The notes under the pieces were generated by a model, which was given only the letters and a program-made list of their open reading frames with translations, made no database searches and had not been told where the DNA came from. This document shows, in pieces, positions 27,988-37,007 of a stretch of 64,000 nucleotides of DNA. The position numbers and the translations under genes are program-made. Every line of letters starts with the position of its first letter. Within the stretch, counting starts at the first letter, position 1. The DNA is taken from NCBI GenBank assembly GCA_040880325.1, contig JBBDIR010000034.1, positions 3,790-67,789 of the forward strand. The letters run 5' to 3'. The stretch is from Pseudohongiellaceae bacterium (GTDB lineage: Bacteria; Pseudomonadota; Gammaproteobacteria; Pseudomonadales; Pseudohongiellaceae).

Positions 27988-29376
27988 GTGGCTATGAAAC
28001 CAGGGTGTATTGCCAGTTTAGTTTGTTTGACTGTTGCGACTTCTGTTTTGCATGCACAGAGCTATCCCGATGGCTTAGACGATCCTATTCCTGAGAGGAT
28101 CGACAAGGGCAGTATATCCGTGACGGCTCAAGAATTTCTCAGATTGCCTCAGACTCTGGACTCCAGTGCAGTACAACTGACAAACGATGCCTATGCGCGC
28201 CTGCAGTACATGCAGCCAATCCCGGATGCTTCGGGGCGCCTCGTAATCAACGAATTACGAGGCGTGCTCTACATCTATGACGAGGCAGCCAACACGCTAG
28301 ATGCTTTCCTGGATCTTCGAGACGCGGGTGTTGGCTTCGATGACTCCATGTTTCCCAATGAAACCGGGCTCGCCGGTTTCGCCTTTCATCCCCAGTTTGC
28401 ACAAGAGGACAGACCAGGCTACGGAAAATTTTACACCGCCTTTAGTGCGAGTTCGAATAGCGCGGTTGCAAGCTATCTCGATGACGAATCGGATAGTCAT
28501 GAGAGCGTGATCCGTGAATGGACTGCCAGCGACGCGACCGCCAATGTTTTCTCCGGCACATCGAGAGAGATCTTTCGTATTGGTCAATTCGCCCAAAACC
28601 ATAACATTGGCACCTTGGCGTTCAATCATGCCGCGAATGCCTCCGAGTCTGACTACGGTTTGCTGTTCGCCAGTCTCGGCGATGGTGGCGCTGCGAATGA
28701 TCCTAACGAGAACGGACAGTCACTGGCTTCGCCGATGTCCTCTATCATCCGTATCGATCCATTGAATTCCAGCCGAGGTACGCCCTACGCCATCCCCGCA
28801 GACAATCCCTTCGTTGCTAAGCCGGGAGTCGCGCCAGAGATATGGGCCTATGGGCTACGACACCCGCAGCACTTCTCATTCGATACTGATGGCACCATGT
28901 ATATAGCCGATATCGGGCAGAATCAGATCGAAGAGATCAATGTTGGCGTCAAGGGTGCAAATTATGGTTGGCGCCTGCGCGAGGGGAAGTTCTCTACCGC
29001 GTTCGGTATAGGGAACGTGCGAATCAATCCAGTCTACCCTAGGCCAGTCGATAGTGAGGATATTAGCTATCCCGTACTGCAGTACGATCATGACGAGGGC
29101 AATGCTGTTAGCAGCGTCTTCGTGTATCGTGGGAGTGCGATTCCCGAGTTAGTCGGGAAAGTTGTCTTCACCGACATGGTAACCGGCCGCGTCTTCTATG
29201 CCGAGAGCGACGGTTTGCAGGCAGGCAGCCCAGGGCGCATTCAAGAACTTCGTATCTATCTGAATGGTAAAGAAGTTAATCTGGCGGACGCGATAGGCTT
29301 TCCCAATACCTATGCCCAGGAAATCGCGCCGGTCTTCGGCTTGGTATCGATGGCGAGGGAGAGCTCTTCCTGGTGA
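27988..29376 (+). CDS. PQQ-dependent sugar (glucose/sorbosone) dehydrogenase, GSDH family; C-terminus displaced by a frameshift
   Basis: GLRHPQHFSFD, IADIGQNQIEEIN and GANYGWRLREG motifs. The conserved end LRLGIDGEGELFLVTKGDGWIRKLIAQ is encoded in another frame, up to the TAG at 29415-29417. Confidence 0.8.
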   Translation: MAMKPGCIASLVCLTVATSVLHAQSYPDGLDDPIPERIDKGSISVTAQEFLRLPQTLDSSAVQLTNDAYARLQYMQPIPDASGRLVINELRGVLYIYDEAANTLDAFLDLRDAGVGFDDSMFPNETGLAGFAFHPQFAQEDRPGYGKFYTAFSASSNSAVASYLDDESDSHESVIREWTASDATANVFSGTSREIFRIGQFAQNHNIGTLAFNHAANASESDYGLLFASLGDGGAANDPNENGQSLASPMSSIIRIDPLNSSRGTPYAIPADNPFVAKPGVAPEIWAYGLRHPQHFSFDTDGTMYIADIGQNQIEEINVGVKGANYGWRLREGKFSTAFGIGNVRINPVYPRPVDSEDISYPVLQYDHDEGNAVSSVFVYRGSAIPELVGKVVFTDMVTGRVFYAESDGLQAGSPGRIQELRIYLNGKEVNLADAIGFPNTYAQEIAPVFGLVSMARESSSW

Positions 29377-29505
29377 CTAAAGGCGATGGCTGGATCAGAA
29401 AATTAATCGCGCAGTAGAAGGGAATCGGCCACCGCTTTCACGCGCTCTTTATTTTAACGTGCGAGACGAGAATAGCGTGAGCTAAAGTGACTGAATGCAA
29501 ATTCA

Positions 29506-30249
29506 ATGGAATCCAAGAAGAATAATATGAGTAACAGTAGCGCGATATACCCCCACGGGAATGTAGAAGAGATCGCCGGCGATACTTTCATGCTGCGGGG
29601 GAGTTTTAAGATGAGCCCCCTAATTCGTATCACGCGTAATATGGCCATCATCAGAAACGGCAATGAGCTATCGTTGATTAATCCCATTCGCGTCAACGAC
29701 AAAGTCGAATCTCAGCTGACTGCACTCGGGCAGATTAAACACGTCATCCGACTTGGCTGCTTTCATGGTGTTGATGATCCCTACTACGTGGAGAAGTTCG
29801 GCGCGCAGATGTGGGCGCAGCCTGGTGGCACTAGCTACACAGAACCCAGAATCGATCAGCCGCTGAGCAGCACCGCCTCTTTACCCTTTGGGGATGGACA
29901 GCTATTCGAGTTCGCAGGTACCAAGCAACCCGAATCCGCGTTGCTAATGAAGAGAGAAAAAGGAATCTTGTTTACCTGCGATGCGATTCAAAACTATGGC
30001 GACTATAGTTATAACAACTTGCTAACGAAGATTCTCATGCCCTTTATCGGTTTCCCGCGAACCACGATAGTCGGGCCCATCTGGCTGAAAATTCAGACCA
30101 GAGAGGGTGAGAGTCTGGAGTCTGAATTTAGGCGACTGCTGACACTAGAGTTTGATAGCCTGCTTGCAGGCCATGGTACTCTGTTGAATGCTGGAGCACA
30201 TGCTGCGGTAGAGCGCGCTATAGATAAGGCATTTCCAAGCGAGCAATAG
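29506..30249 (+). CDS. hypothetical protein (possibly a degenerate MBL-like fold)
   Basis: 247-aa ORF with normal coding appearance. There is a weak resemblance to MBL topology (RLGCFHGVDD, ILFTCD, AGHG) but no clear HxHxDH motif. Confidence 0.45.
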   Translation: MESKKNNMSNSSAIYPHGNVEEIAGDTFMLRGSFKMSPLIRITRNMAIIRNGNELSLINPIRVNDKVESQLTALGQIKHVIRLGCFHGVDDPYYVEKFGAQMWAQPGGTSYTEPRIDQPLSSTASLPFGDGQLFEFAGTKQPESALLMKREKGILFTCDAIQNYGDYSYNNLLTKILMPFIGFPRTTIVGPIWLKIQTREGESLESEFRRLLTLEFDSLLAGHGTLLNAGAHAAVERAIDKAFPSEQ

Positions 30250-30287
30250 TACCGATTTTTATTTTCAAGACAGTCAAGGAATTCCAA

Positions 30288-31247
30288 ATGGCTTTACCAG
30301 AAAGTTTGCGAGGCAAGCTCTCGCTACCCGTAGTAGGCGCTCCCCTTTTCATCATTTCCAACCCTGAGCTTGTCATCGCACAATGCAAGTCGGGCGTAGT
30401 TGGTGCTTTCCCCGCATTGAATGCGCGGCCGGCGGAGGTTTTGGATCAATGGCTCACGCGCATCAATGAAGAGCTGGACGCACACAATCAGGCTAATCCA
30501 GATAACCCAGCGGCACCCTATGCAGTGAATCAGATCGTGCACAATTCGAATGACCGACTCATGCACGATGTTGAGATGTGTGTGAAACACAAGGCGCCGA
30601 TTGTCATTACATCGCTCGGCGCGCGGCCAGAAGTATTCGAAGCTATCCATTCCTATGGCGGTATTTGCCTGCACGATGTTATCAATAATCGCTTTGCACA
30701 CAAGGCAATCGAGAAGGGTGCCGATGGTTTGATCTGCGTAGCGGCAGGAGCAGGCGGCCATGCCGGCACGCTTTCGCCCATAGCGTTTATTCAGGAAGTG
30801 CGAGAGTGGTTCGACGGACCTCTGCTTCTGTCCGGCGCCATTGCAACTGGTGATGGCGTTCTCGCTGCACAGGCGATGGGAGCAGACTTGGCGTATATCG
30901 GCTCGGCGTTTATTGCTACCGATGAAGCGAATGCAGACTCGGCCTACAAACAGGCTTTGGTGGATTACGCCGCAGACGATATCGTCTACACGAACTTGTT
31001 TACCGGTGTTCTGGGGAATTACCTGAAGCCATCGATAGTAGCCGCGGGTCTGGATCCAGACAAGCTACCCGAGAGCGATCCATCGAAGATGAATTTTGGA
31101 TCCGGTGGTAGTAGCAAATCCAAAGCGTGGAAGGATATCTGGGGCTGTGGTCAGGGCATCAATGCGATCAAGGCAGTAGTGCCTGTCGCGGATCTAGTCG
31201 CGCGACTAGAAAGCGAATACGAGGCGGCGAAGCAGCGAGTGCTGTAG
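30288..31247 (+). CDS. NAD(P)H-dependent flavin oxidoreductase / nitronate monooxygenase family
   Basis: PVVGAPLFIIS, GADGLICVAAGAGGHAG and the GADLAYIGSAF pattern are typical of the NMO (2-nitropropane dioxygenase) fold. Confidence 0.85.
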   Translation: MALPESLRGKLSLPVVGAPLFIISNPELVIAQCKSGVVGAFPALNARPAEVLDQWLTRINEELDAHNQANPDNPAAPYAVNQIVHNSNDRLMHDVEMCVKHKAPIVITSLGARPEVFEAIHSYGGICLHDVINNRFAHKAIEKGADGLICVAAGAGGHAGTLSPIAFIQEVREWFDGPLLLSGAIATGDGVLAAQAMGADLAYIGSAFIATDEANADSAYKQALVDYAADDIVYTNLFTGVLGNYLKPSIVAAGLDPDKLPESDPSKMNFGSGGSSKSKAWKDIWGCGQGINAIKAVVPVADLVARLESEYEAAKQRVL

Positions 31248-31259
31248 TAGCGCAAACAG

Positions 31260-32207
31260 TTAGTGGTCGGGTCTAATTGGAATTACTACATCGCTAAGGG
31301 TTTCTGCAACAATGCGACGAATTTCTATCCCCAGCTCCCGATAAAAAGTTTTTTCCGGAGATGTATTTCGCCATACCAGTACGTGATTTCGTACCACGTT
31401 TACGCCCTCTACGTCCGCCACTCGAAGTTCATTCTTCTCGCGTATCTCAGACTTTACATAGAGGGCTGGGAGGAAGGCGGTACCCATCCCCATCACCACC
31501 ATTTGGCGCAGTGTATCCAGGCTTGTACCTTCGAAATCTCTGCGAACTTCAGCCCCAACTTTTTCACAGAGGTCGGCAATTTGGCGGTGAAACAGGTGAT
31601 GCTCGCTGATAGTGAGCACCTGTTCTCCGAGCAAATCGGTACGGTTCAGGCGTGGCTTTTTAGCGAGCCGGTGTTCCATCGATAGCGCATATTTGATTGG
31701 TTCGCGAAACAAGGGGAACACGGTAAGCTCTTTCGACATAACCGGGAGTGTACTGAGAATTAGATCATGGCGCCGATCCAAGAGCCCCGCTTCGAGCTCG
31801 CTAGGGGCATCCTCACGGACATACAATTTGAGGTTTTCGTGCATCGCGTGAATGGGGCCGAGGATATGGGGAAGCAGATAAGGCCCTAGAGTTGGAGGTA
31901 CGCCCAGCTTGTAGGTGCCCATTCCTCCGCCGGAAAGCGTGCCGGATTTGATGGTAAAGCCGTGCACCTCCTCGAGTACGCGCTTGGCGCTCGGCAGCAA
32001 TTCACGGCCTTCGACGGTAGTTGTGGTGCCATTCTTACTGCGTTCAAACAACTGCAGATCCAGTAACTTCTCGAGAATTGCAATTTGATTACTCAGCGCC
32101 GGCTGGGTCACGTTCAGTCGGAACGCCGCCTGTCGAAAACTGCCGCAATCGGCAATCGTGATGAAGTAGCGAATTTGTTTCAAGCTGAGTCGTTCTATAA
32201 TATCCAT
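31260..32207 (-). CDS. LysR-family transcriptional regulator
   Basis: The N-terminal wHTH LKQIRYFITIADCGSFRQAAFRLNVTQPALSNQI. It is transcribed divergently from the carbonic anhydrase / SulP pair. Confidence 0.9.
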   Translation of the reverse strand: MDIIERLSLKQIRYFITIADCGSFRQAAFRLNVTQPALSNQIAILEKLLDLQLFERSKNGTTTTVEGRELLPSAKRVLEEVHGFTIKSGTLSGGGMGTYKLGVPPTLGPYLLPHILGPIHAMHENLKLYVREDAPSELEAGLLDRRHDLILSTLPVMSKELTVFPLFREPIKYALSMEHRLAKKPRLNRTDLLGEQVLTISEHHLFHRQIADLCEKVGAEVRRDFEGTSLDTLRQMVVMGMGTAFLPALYVKSEIREKNELRVADVEGVNVVRNHVLVWRNTSPEKTFYRELGIEIRRIVAETLSDVVIPIRPDH

Positions 32208-32224
32208 CCAGGCGCCGTCATATT

Positions 32225-32278
32225 AGTGATAATAAGAAATGATAACGAAATTAATAAATACCTCTAACGATTATCACT
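32225..32278. promoter_or_regulatory. candidate LysR operator: 9-bp inverted repeat AGTGATAAT ... ATTATCACT in an AT-rich divergent promoter
   Basis: The arms lie at 32225-32233 and 32270-32278. Additional TGATAA repeats lie between them. The region sits between the LysR start (32207) and the carbonic anhydrase start (32344). Confidence 0.3.
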
Positions 32279-32343
32279 GCGCAACATCTAGAATTCAAGC
32301 CCGCAACAGTTCTATCTCAGAAATATCTATCAGGAGCTCGAAA

Positions 32344-33009
32344 ATGGAAAAAGTAGTCTCAGGAATTATGCAGTTTAAGTCATCCTCCTATGAGGAGCGC
32401 AAGACACTATTCGCAGAATTGGCCACTGGTCAAAGTCCCGAGGTGCTGTTCATCACGTGTTCCGATTCCAGAATAGACCCGAATATGGTGACGCAAACCG
32501 AACCCGGTGATTTATTCATTATTCGTAACGCTGGAAATATAGTACCACCGCACGCCAAGACCGCGGGTGGTGTGACTGCTTCCATAGAGTTTGCGGTGGC
32601 CGCCCTGGGAGTTAAACACATTATTGTCTGTGGCCACACGGACTGCGGTGCAATGAAAGGCGCCCTTAATCTGGCAGCATTGGATGGGCTTCCTCATGTT
32701 CAAGAATGGTTGGATCACAGCAGAGCTGCGGTTGAAGTTGTCAAAGCGAAGCACGGCCAGGTAACGATTGACGAGATATCGAATGTGACCGAAGAGAACG
32801 TACTTCTTCAACTCCAACATCTAAAAACCCACCCAGCGGTTGCCAGCAAGCTCAGCACGGGCGAGGTCGATCTTCACGGCTGGGTATATGACATCAAACA
32901 CGGCACAATGAGCGCATTTGATGATGAACGAGAATGCTTTATCCCTGCTGAGGAGCGCTATGCCGATCTCATTAAGGAAGTCGGAGAAAAGGCTTTAAAG
33001 ACGGCGTAG
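32344..33009 (+). CDS. beta-class carbonic anhydrase
   Basis: Motifs CSDSRIDP and HTDCGAM. AGGAG lies 8 nt upstream of the ATG at 32344. The listed ORF starts 35 codons earlier. Confidence 0.9.
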   Translation: MEKVVSGIMQFKSSSYEERKTLFAELATGQSPEVLFITCSDSRIDPNMVTQTEPGDLFIIRNAGNIVPPHAKTAGGVTASIEFAVAALGVKHIIVCGHTDCGAMKGALNLAALDGLPHVQEWLDHSRAAVEVVKAKHGQVTIDEISNVTEENVLLQLQHLKTHPAVASKLSTGEVDLHGWVYDIKHGTMSAFDDERECFIPAEERYADLIKEVGEKALKTA

Positions 33010-33083
33010 TTTAATGAATCTGGCGTCGATGGGTTTGCACCCAAGGCGCCATCTTTGTACTTGTTTCCAGAATCTACACAAGG

Positions 33084-34757
33084 GTGATAAGAATGTTGGG
33101 TATTCATACAAAAAACCTGAAGGGCGATCTATTCGGCGGAATTACCGCCGGGGTTATCGCATTGCCATTAGCGCTCGCTTTTGGCGAGGCATCGGGTGCA
33201 GGCCCTATAGCGGGCCTTTACGGCGCCATTATTGTCGGTTTTTTCGCTTCATTATTTGGCGGTACTGATTCTCAGATATCTGGGCCTACGGGCCCTATGG
33301 TCGTCGTATTCGCGGGCGTGTATGCGAGCCTGAATGGTTCTCCCGGATTGGTTTTTTCGGTAGTTGTGCTCGCTGGAATCATTCAGATAGCTTTTGGCGT
33401 TTTGCGCTTTGGGCAGTATATCCGCCTTGTTCCCTATCCCGTTGTCTCAGGTTTCATGAGTGGTATCGGTATAATTATCATCGCCTTGCAATTCAGCCGT
33501 CTTTTTGGTCACGAACCGGAGGGAGGTGGAACGATTCCTGCACTGGCGGCAATACCAGGTTCGGTAATGGATCCGAACTTTGTTGCTCTGGGGCTGGGTG
33601 TTTTGACTTTGCTAATTGTCTTCAAGTGGCCCAAGGCCTGGGCCAAATTTGTTCCAGCACCCTTGGCTGCCTTAATAATTGCCACGGTTTTAAGTACTTT
33701 GTTTTCAGGCGCGCCAATTCTAGGTGATATTCCAACCGGATTGCCTTCGTTCATCATGCCTTCGTTCAGCCAGGATTCTTTTGCCATCGTTGTCGAAGCC
33801 GCTTTTATTCTCGCTGTACTGGGTGCATTAGATAGCCTGCTGACCTCCTTGGTAGCGGATAATATGACTCGAACACGACACAACTCGAATCGAGAATTGA
33901 TAGGCCAGGGCATTGGAAATACCGTAGCCGGACTGTTTGGTGGCGTACCTGGAGCAGGTGCAACCATGCGAACGGCAATAAATATTCGCACCGGTGGTCT
34001 GACGAAGTTATCTGGTATGACTCACAGCCTTCTATTACTGGCAGTCGTCATTTCTCTTGGCCCGCTTGCTTCGCAGATTCCTCACGCTGTCTTGGCGGGA
34101 ATCCTGGTGAAGACAGGTTACGATATTATCGACTTCGCGTACTTGAAGCGTGCCCACAAGGGGCCGCGCTGGGATTTAATACTGATGGTGCTGGTTGTGC
34201 TTCTGACTGTATTTGTCGATTTGATTACCGCTGTTATAGCCGGTGTCGTCATGGCGGCGCTGGCCTTTGTGAAGCAGTTCGCCGATGCACAACTTAAGGC
34301 TTTGGGTGACGTGACGAACGAGGGCTTGTCCGTCGATCTATCCGAGGCAGAGGATGCGCTTATGCTGAGAGCGGGGAATCGAATTAGCCTATTCGATTTC
34401 GGTGGGCCATTGAGTTTCGGTGCGGCGGCTGATGTTGGGCACCAGGTGCGAGAGAAATCGAAAGGAAAATCGGCGATGATTCTGGACTTCTCTCGAGTGT
34501 CTCACGTCGATGTCTCCGCTGCGAGAGCGATGGAAACGATCGGCAGTGATGCTCACGCTGCCAACAAAGAAGTCTATGTCTCAGGCATGAATGACGAAGT
34601 TCGTTCTATGCTCAAAAGTCTTAATAACGAGTATTGCCTATCGCACGGCGATCATTTCGCGACACGTTACGACGCGATCAAAGACGCTGTGGAATATTTG
34701 GAAAAAGTGGAATCTGAGAATGAGAGCGCTGATGTGACTGCTAAAGCCACATCCTAG
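33084..34757 (+). CDS. SulP-family anion (bicarbonate/sulfate) transporter with C-terminal STAS domain
   Basis: DLFGGITAGVIALPLALAFG at the N-terminus. Polytopic core plus a STAS-like tail. The ATG at 33093 is an alternative start. Confidence 0.9.
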   Translation: MIRMLGIHTKNLKGDLFGGITAGVIALPLALAFGEASGAGPIAGLYGAIIVGFFASLFGGTDSQISGPTGPMVVVFAGVYASLNGSPGLVFSVVVLAGIIQIAFGVLRFGQYIRLVPYPVVSGFMSGIGIIIIALQFSRLFGHEPEGGGTIPALAAIPGSVMDPNFVALGLGVLTLLIVFKWPKAWAKFVPAPLAALIIATVLSTLFSGAPILGDIPTGLPSFIMPSFSQDSFAIVVEAAFILAVLGALDSLLTSLVADNMTRTRHNSNRELIGQGIGNTVAGLFGGVPGAGATMRTAINIRTGGLTKLSGMTHSLLLLAVVISLGPLASQIPHAVLAGILVKTGYDIIDFAYLKRAHKGPRWDLILMVLVVLLTVFVDLITAVIAGVVMAALAFVKQFADAQLKALGDVTNEGLSVDLSEAEDALMLRAGNRISLFDFGGPLSFGAAADVGHQVREKSKGKSAMILDFSRVSHVDVSAARAMETIGSDAHAANKEVYVSGMNDEVRSMLKSLNNEYCLSHGDHFATRYDAIKDAVEYLEKVESENESADVTAKATS

Positions 34758-34817
34758 GCTTTTTCTGTACGATGATTAAGTTGCACAATCTCTCCGTTCA
34801 GAAGAATGGAATTTCAT

Positions 34818-34850
34818 AGCCGCTCATCTGGGGATGAGTGGCTTTTTTTT
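34818..34850 (+). terminator. rho-independent terminator after the SulP gene
   Basis: AGCCGCTCATC - TGGG - GATGAGTGGCT followed by T8. Confidence 0.8.
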
Positions 34851-34878
34851 AGTCACGACTCGGTCGAGTTAGCCTTAC

Positions 34879-36303
34879 CTAAGGCAGGGCAATCTCATCG
34901 CTTTCCTGTGCACGGGCAGGGTGAAAGTTACGCTGTGGCGCAGCACTGCGAACCTGCTCTAGCCAAAAAACGCCATCGAAAGGTGCGCTGTTTCCTCGGG
35001 TACCGAGGAAGTCCATGTCGCCATCGCCATCGACGTCGCGGGCGATAAACTTATCGAACATGCCGCGTTTACGCCGCGAGATGTCGTGACGGGTCCAGCT
35101 CATCTTCGCCGCTCCGGGATTCTCGAACCAGGCTAGCCTACCAAGGGCGTCGTGCACATCGACATCGCCATCTCCTGTTCGCGGGCCGCGGCTGTAACTT
35201 CCCACCATGACGTCGATATCGCCGTCGCCATCGATGTCGGCGATCTCCATGCCGACCAGGCTATCAGGCAGGATGTTGCCTATAGTAAAAGCATTCCAGG
35301 TGTCATCGATAGATTCCGGCTGTTCAATCCAAATAAACTCGCCGTTGTTGCTGAGGCCAATAATGTCGAGTCGGCCGTCGTTATTTAAATCAGCATATTC
35401 GAGATTGAATCCGCCCATGCTGGCGCCATAGATTCCGATGGCATGTTCTTTGAACTCCAGAGAACCGGTGCCCAGATTTTCGAAAAACACAAGTCGCGCA
35501 TCGCCGCGCGCACCGACTACGATGTCTATATCGCCATCGCTATCCAGATCGACTGGTTCTGCATTTTGCGGCACGCTGTAATTTCCTAACACGCTGCGCT
35601 GCCAGCTAGTCCCTATTAGCGGATCTCCATTCAATTGATATAGCTCAACCGGGGTAGAGCGGGCAAAGTCTTCAGGGCCCGGAGATTGCGCACCCTTATT
35701 CGGCGCGGTCAGTTCGGCAATACCGTCACCATCGAAATCGGCAGCGAACACGCGAATATATGAACCGCGCCCCTGTGTCATCGGTAGTATGAGCCGCTGC
35801 CAGGTATCGGTGCGCGCACGAAGGCCGGGATTTTCCAGATAGATCAGGTGTGACTGTTCCGCCGCTACGACGACATCGAGAAAACCATCGCCATTAAGGT
35901 CGACAACGACGGCATCTTCCGGTGCCGGCGCATCGGTGCCGTCGGCTATGGTGATATTGAACCAGCGCTGCGGATCCGCTGAGCCGAAGGCGATACGAAC
36001 TGTCCCTTCCGGTGGCGGGACGAAGCCGGGGGTATGGCTCGCCGAATCATACTCGGCATCGGATTCGTGCACCGACACGATATCCTCGAAGCCATCGCGA
36101 TCAATATCGCCCATCACCAGCCCGTCGCTACCGCTGAGCGCAAAGCCGGCGAGTTCCGGATCATCGATAATATGTTCCCGCCAGCTGATGTAGCTGCCAT
36201 CGATCCCGCGAGAGTGAGTCATCGACTCGCCGATAAGATTCTGAGCCAGGGCAGGGTTTGAGACAATCAGAGTAACGCATAGCAGCAAATGGTTTTGTTT
36301 CAT
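34879..36303 (-). CDS. exported FG-GAP/VCBS repeat protein
   Basis: Repeated D.DGDGD.D and FEN.G motifs across 474 aa. Signal peptide is present. Confidence 0.7.
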   Translation of the reverse strand: MKQNHLLLCVTLIVSNPALAQNLIGESMTHSRGIDGSYISWREHIIDDPELAGFALSGSDGLVMGDIDRDGFEDIVSVHESDAEYDSASHTPGFVPPPEGTVRIAFGSADPQRWFNITIADGTDAPAPEDAVVVDLNGDGFLDVVVAAEQSHLIYLENPGLRARTDTWQRLILPMTQGRGSYIRVFAADFDGDGIAELTAPNKGAQSPGPEDFARSTPVELYQLNGDPLIGTSWQRSVLGNYSVPQNAEPVDLDSDGDIDIVVGARGDARLVFFENLGTGSLEFKEHAIGIYGASMGGFNLEYADLNNDGRLDIIGLSNNGEFIWIEQPESIDDTWNAFTIGNILPDSLVGMEIADIDGDGDIDVMVGSYSRGPRTGDGDVDVHDALGRLAWFENPGAAKMSWTRHDISRRKRGMFDKFIARDVDGDGDMDFLGTRGNSAPFDGVFWLEQVRSAAPQRNFHPARAQESDEIALP

Positions 36304-36435
36304 GGCGACCTCGTGTCGATATAGATTCTATACAGCAGAATAAGAGCTAATATTCGCTAAGTCCAATCTGCAATTCGATACTCTGTGACGATGTCTAGAG
36401 ACGAACCGCAGAGTAATTCTTCTTCTATCGCAAGT

Positions 36436-36793
36436 CACTGCTGTCCCACAGTTTCATGCCCCTTAAGCTGCGCTGCAAAGCGGCTCCGAACGGGCCGCCC
36501 GGCAGTTAGCTTGTGCCGCTGCGGACCACGCCCCTCCGGGGTACCTTCACTGTGAAAAATGCCCTGAAAAACGGTCATTTTTCGCCGTTCAGCGTAGGCA
36601 CTCAATTGCATCGGCACAAGCTAACTGCCGAGCGCCCCTTGCTGTTTGCAAGAGTCAACGTTCACTGGCTTCGCTGGTCCGTAGCGGGTGTCAAACAACA
36701 GGGTTTCATGTCCGAAACCATCAGGGAACGCTCGAAACACTCACACTTCGCCTGATCGAGTATTTTCATTGGGGAATCTGTGGGACAGCAGTG
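36436..36793. mobile_element. MITE copy 2 (358 bp, same termini as copies 1 and 3, different interior)
   Basis: Ends are CACTGCTGTCCCACAG and CTGTGGGACAGCAGTG. A perfect 9-bp direct repeat ATCGCAAGT flanks the element at 36427-36435 and 36794-36802. An inner inverted repeat GGCAGTTAGCTTGTGCCG / CGGCACAAGCTAACTGCC is present. Confidence 0.8.
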
Positions 36794-36801
36794 ATCGCAA
36801 G

Positions 36802-36999
36802 TATAACGTCAGACTACATCACGTTTTTCTGAACAGCGATAGTTTCGCGACACTTGATGCGCTATACGACGTATTGGTGAATATACCGAGGGTTGCCATC
36901 GAGTTCGCTTCTGCTCAGCTGGGCGCTGGGACCACGAAGCACATGATGATCCGTGATCCACGCAACAACCGACTAGGGCTTCTTCTCAATTCGCCGTGA
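36802..36999 (+). pseudogene. possible VOC/glyoxalase-like half-domain remnant directly downstream of MITE copy 2
   Basis: VRLHHVFLNSDSF...MIRDPRNNRLGLLL resembles one beta-alpha-beta-beta-beta VOC module. There is no ATG/GTG/TTG start outside the MITE, and the only in-frame ATG (36688) lies inside the element. Confidence 0.25.
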
Positions 37000-37007
37000 T
37001 AAAATAT

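Noticed and set aside
36435-36755. Two 60-80-aa ORFs inside MITE copy 2
   Set aside because: They lie within a palindromic non-coding repeat, have Arg/Pro-rich low-complexity products, and have no equivalent ORFs in the other copies.
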